From the NCBI GenBank assembly GCA_964016885.1, contig OZ024742.1, forward strand, positions 209,994,001 to 210,058,000: a stretch of DNA of 64,000 nt. Reading direction: 5' to 3'. The position numbers and the translations under genes were made by a program. Shown piece by piece: positions 60,233 to 64,000 of this stretch (its first letter is position 1; every line of letters begins with the position of its first letter). The DNA comes from Eledone cirrhosa. Lineage: Eukaryota. The notes under the pieces were generated by a model. It was not told the origin of the DNA, made no database searches, and worked only from the letters and a program-made list of their open reading frames with translations.

Positions 60233-62094
60233 TAATTAAACATAATGCATGCATGTGTGTATATATATATATACGCATGCAGTGTTGAGTGGTTAAGTGG
60301 TTTGTTTCACATTTATCAGGTCCTAAGTTCGATCCCTCTGCGTGGTATATAGTTCTGCCATAACTGCGGGTTGATCCAAACCTTATAAGGGAAATTCAGA
60401 CAGATAAGTTTCTCATACATTGTATCACACTAATTATGTCTAGGGGTTACGTTAAGGCAAGCAGTACTGGAAGACTTCTCTCATCAGAGGGTTGCTTTGA
60501 AAGTATAGAAAATAGTCATTTCTACTATAGACACAATTTGGGGGAGAGGAGAAAGTCGACTCCAGAACATTACTGGTACTTTATTTTTATCGACCGTGTA
60601 ATATATATATATATAAGATAACAAGATATCGTTAAAGGTAATCCGATTAGAGGTTGTGAAAACTTCTTATCATGAATAGTTTAAGCGTACGGCGTTGTAA
60701 GACTCAACAAGAGGTTTACGGGGATGAAGAGTTTATGACTTCACTTGTATTCCTTGGAGTAATAAAATTGAAAAATTGAAGAATAACATGGTCGACAGTA
60801 CCAACAAGGAAATTTATTTACAGTCTAACAATCGTTTCTATGATAGAGTTGTCTAAAAATTGCTAAACACAGAAGGTAGTGTCACTCAGTTTAAAATACA
60901 TATTATTTCTATCATTTCGTCAGAGACCAAGAGAAAATAAAATACATATGCGTAACGGCAAAATTACAAATTCAAATTACCACATCAATACTAATATTAA
61001 TAATAGAGATATAGAGAGAAACAGAGGAAGGAGGACAGATGGAAAGGAGGGGGGGGACGATAGAGAGAAAGAAAATACAAATAACTATGTAACCGGCAAA
61101 TTTACGAGTTCGAACTATCACATCAAAATAGTAGTAGTAATAGAGATACAGATAGAAAGAAAAGAGGGAGGATAGAAATAGTGAAGGTAGAGAAAAGAAA
61201 GAAAGATGAAGAAAGAAACAGAGAAAGAGGCAGAGAAAGATGAAGAAGGAGAAAGAGAAAGGAAAAGAGAGAAAGAGAGAATAGAAGGAAGAAGACCGGG
61301 AGGGTATTACAGCTAAAAATGCGCAAGCATGTTCATCAAATGAAAGAAAGAAGAGAAAAGACGTACGAAGTTATTGTTGATAAATATAGGCAGAAATAGA
61401 ATGGAGAGAAGGCGGAAGAGGAGCAGAAGGATGAATATACGTTAATTCAAGAATGAGTGCAAGTGAAAATAGAGATATAAGCATAGAAACAAATAAATAA
61501 ATAAATAAATAAATAAATAAATTTTAAATAAAATAAAAAAAGGAAAAAAATTTAAAATTTAAAATTTTAAAAATAAAAAAAAATAAAAAAAGGTTAAAAT
61601 AATAAATAAATAAATAAAAAAGTAAATAAATAAATAAATAGGTAGATGAGTAAATAAGTAAGTTACACATATTGTTATATAAAATGGTATAGTATTTGAA
61701 AAGTAGAGATGAGAATCAATAAATAAATAAATGTGTTGAAGAGACTAATAAGAATAATATTAAAGTTATTAATGTTTTTGTGAATAGTTATTGATGATAA
61801 GTTGAAAATATGATAATATTGGATATATTTATGTGTGTATTGGATATTTTAATAAGTAAATTAACTAGTTTAAGATGTATTATATGATAAGATAAAACGA
61901 TCGAGATGAAATAGGTTTAAGTAGAGAAATGCAAAGACAAATGGTGAAAGATAGAGGCGTATAAGATGAGAATGTAAATACAGTAGGTTCTGATGTTGTT
62001 CTTTGGTAATTATAATGGTGACGATGCTGCTGATAATGTGATATCGAAGTAGATTCTAGTGGTATAAAAGGAATAAGGAATAGAAAAGATGGAA

Positions 62095-62358
62095 TTAAGA
62101 AGGTCTAAAGTTCTCGAATTTCGTTGCTGATTTGTGCCGACAAAAAATAGTTCGTTCAATTCTACTGTTAAGAAGGATTTTGTTGAAATTAAGAATTTGG
62201 AAAAGTTCCATATTGCAGAGCCTGCAGTGGGACATACCAATTTGATAGGCCTTTGCTTTTGACAATATTGTCTAACTGATCTCGTATTCAAGGCTTGCAT
62301 TCTTGAGTTGCCAGATTTTGTTGGCGAGAGTTGTTGTATTTGAGAGATTCTTATTAAT
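62095..62358 (-). pseudogene. PLE GIY-YIG endonuclease C-terminal fragment (not in ORF track)
   Basis: Manual translation TTLANKIWQLKNASLEYEIS*TILSKAKAYQIGMSHCRLCNMELFQI..LLNSRIERTIFCRHK; same type as the end of the 14-16 kb element. Confidence 0.88.
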
Positions 62359-62479
62359 CGTAACTTACTTATTTACTCATCTACCTATTTATTTATTTAT
62401 TTACTTTTTTTATTTATTTAACCTTTTTTTTTATTATTTTAAATTTTAAATTTTTTTACTTTTTTTAGTTTTGTTTTTT

Positions 62480-62510
<31 letters not shown>

Positions 62511-63084
62511 TGCTTATATCTTATATCTATATTTTCTTAAATCTTACATCTCTATTTTCACTTGCACTCATTCTTGCATTAACGTATATTCATCTTTCTG
62601 CTCGTCTTCCGCCTTCTCTCCATCCTTTTTCTCCCTATATTTATCAACAATAACTTATCCGTTCGCACGTCTTTTCTCTTTTTTTTATTTGATGAACATG
62701 CTTGCGCATTTTTAGCTGTATTACCCTCCCGGTCTTCTTCCTTCTATTTGTCTCTTTCTCTCTTTTCCTTTCTCTTTCTCCTTTTTCATCTTTCTCTGCC
62801 TCTTTCTCTGTTTCTTTCTTCATCTTTCTTTCTTTTCTCTACCTTCACTATTTCTATCCCCTCCCCCCTCTTTTCTTTCTATCTGTATCTCTATTTCTAC
62901 TACTATTTTGATGTGATAGTTCGAACTCGTAAATTTGCCGGTTACATAGTTATTTGTATTTTCTTTCTCTCTATCGGCTTTCCTCCTCTGCTTCTCTATA
63001 TATCTTTATTATTAATATTAGTATTGATGTGGTAATTTGAATTTGTAATTTTACCGTTACGCATATTTATTTTATTTTCTCTTG

Positions 63085-63189
63085 GTCTCTGACGAAATGA
63101 TGGAAATAATATGTATTTTAAATTGAGTGACACTACCTTCTGTGTTTAGCAATTTTTAGACAACTCTATCATAGAAACAATTGTTAGAC
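63085..63189 (+). ncRNA. Type I HHR with long stem II; mirror copy 60823-60927 on minus
   Basis: GUCU-CUGACGA-aAUGAU(G/A)G...CUAUCAUa-GAAAC-AAUU-GUU|AGAC. Confidence 0.8.
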
Positions 63190-63271
63190 TGTAAATAAAT
63201 TTCCTTGTTGGTACTGTCGACCATGTTATTCTTCAATTTTTCAATTATATATATATATATATATTCATGTA

Positions 63272-63530
63272 TAGGGTAAAGGGTAAAGATCCCCTTCGAT
63301 CACAAATGACCATGGGACTTGCACCTAGTCCGGGCAAGGTTGTTTGTGGAAGACTAGCAGTCCCCTCCCCACACCACTGATGTTGTCCAAGGGAAAGGCA
63401 AAGGCCGATACCGCTTGGCACCAGTGACGTCGCAACTGATTTCTACAGACGAGTGAACTGGATCAAAATGAAATAAAGTGTCTTGCTCAAGAACACAATG
63501 CAAAGTTCGGCCCGAGAATCGAACTCACAA
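63272..63530 (-). mobile_element. tRNA-derived SINE with core domain and RTE-like tail
   Basis: Minus strand GAGTTCGATTCTC B-box, TTCTTGAGCAAGACACTT core, ends in (TTTACCC)2. Confidence 0.7.
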
Positions 63531-63728
63531 ATTCATGTATTATATATATATATAAATACATAATCGGAGAAAGTTAATAGCGATACTCCGGCCAAATTCC
63601 AACTCACTCAACAAACATTAGGAAATACCTGAGTATATTCCTAATTAAACGTTCGGGGTGCTAACTAATTGTATTGTGTGGAAAATTGGCTGCATCATTT
63701 CATATGAGATATATCAAATATATCCCTT

Positions 63729-63855
63729 CCCAGACGGACGTCTCGTTTCATTATAAGATTTCTACAAGCTGGGTGAAATTATACCAAATTATGTAGAAGC
63801 TTGTATAAGATCAACAGATACTTATTCAAGTGGGCTCTTATAATTCTTCAGTGGG
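63729..63855 (-). ncRNA. Type I HHR with about 95-nt stem II domain and GUC site
   Basis: CCCA-CUGAAGA-AUUAUAAG...CUUAUAAU-GAAACG(agacguc)CGUC|UGGG; perfect 8-bp stem II base. Confidence 0.85.
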
Positions 63856-64000
63856 TGCCCAATAATATTAATATTGATAAGCAAATCAACATCAATATTC
63901 TAGCGATAATCACCATCAGTGCTTGAGGGAGCTGCTAGGTTGTTAGTCCAACAGTTCTAAAGAAAATCTCACACTGTATATATATATATATATATATATA

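Larger units (their letters stand above)
60766..63246 (-). mobile_element. 5'-truncated PLE with about 900-bp inverted pseudo-LTR
   Basis: Arms 60766-61665 and 62361-63246; spacer holds a GIY-YIG C-terminal fragment; an HHR in each arm. Confidence 0.9.

Noticed and set aside
62010-62300. Listed 96-aa ORF with superficial RT-like words (NFSKFL, FDIT)
   Set aside because: The adjacent frame gives a much better GIY-YIG C-terminal match

Overview
AT-rich eukaryotic non-coding DNA, saturated with (TA)n/(CA)n/(GA)n and trinucleotide microsatellites. The dominant tRNA-derived SINE and the repeat landscape suggest a cephalopod (Octopus-like) genome; this is inference. No host gene exon could be supported, and most listed ORFs are microsatellite read-throughs. 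Real coding remnants are all transposon-derived: a DD37D/maT Tc1-mariner, an internally deleted Helitron, several Penelope-like elements (PLEs; RT and/or GIY-YIG), an R4/Dong-type LINE 3' end, and CRE- and RTE-like fragments. The main discovery is about 30 type I hammerhead ribozyme (HHR) motifs, parsed by eye, in roughly a dozen unrelated sequence families, mostly sitting in (TA)n tracts as tandem, inverted or fold-back modules. They include a near-perfect 310-bp retrozyme-like tandem array (7 sense HHRs plus 1 inverted), a 431-bp retrozyme-like unit, a U3-A8 compensated core, a U4A core and several HHRs with 50-100 nt inserts in stem II. Coordinates were counted by hand and may be off by a few bases. 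Ribozyme activity is predicted, not shown.
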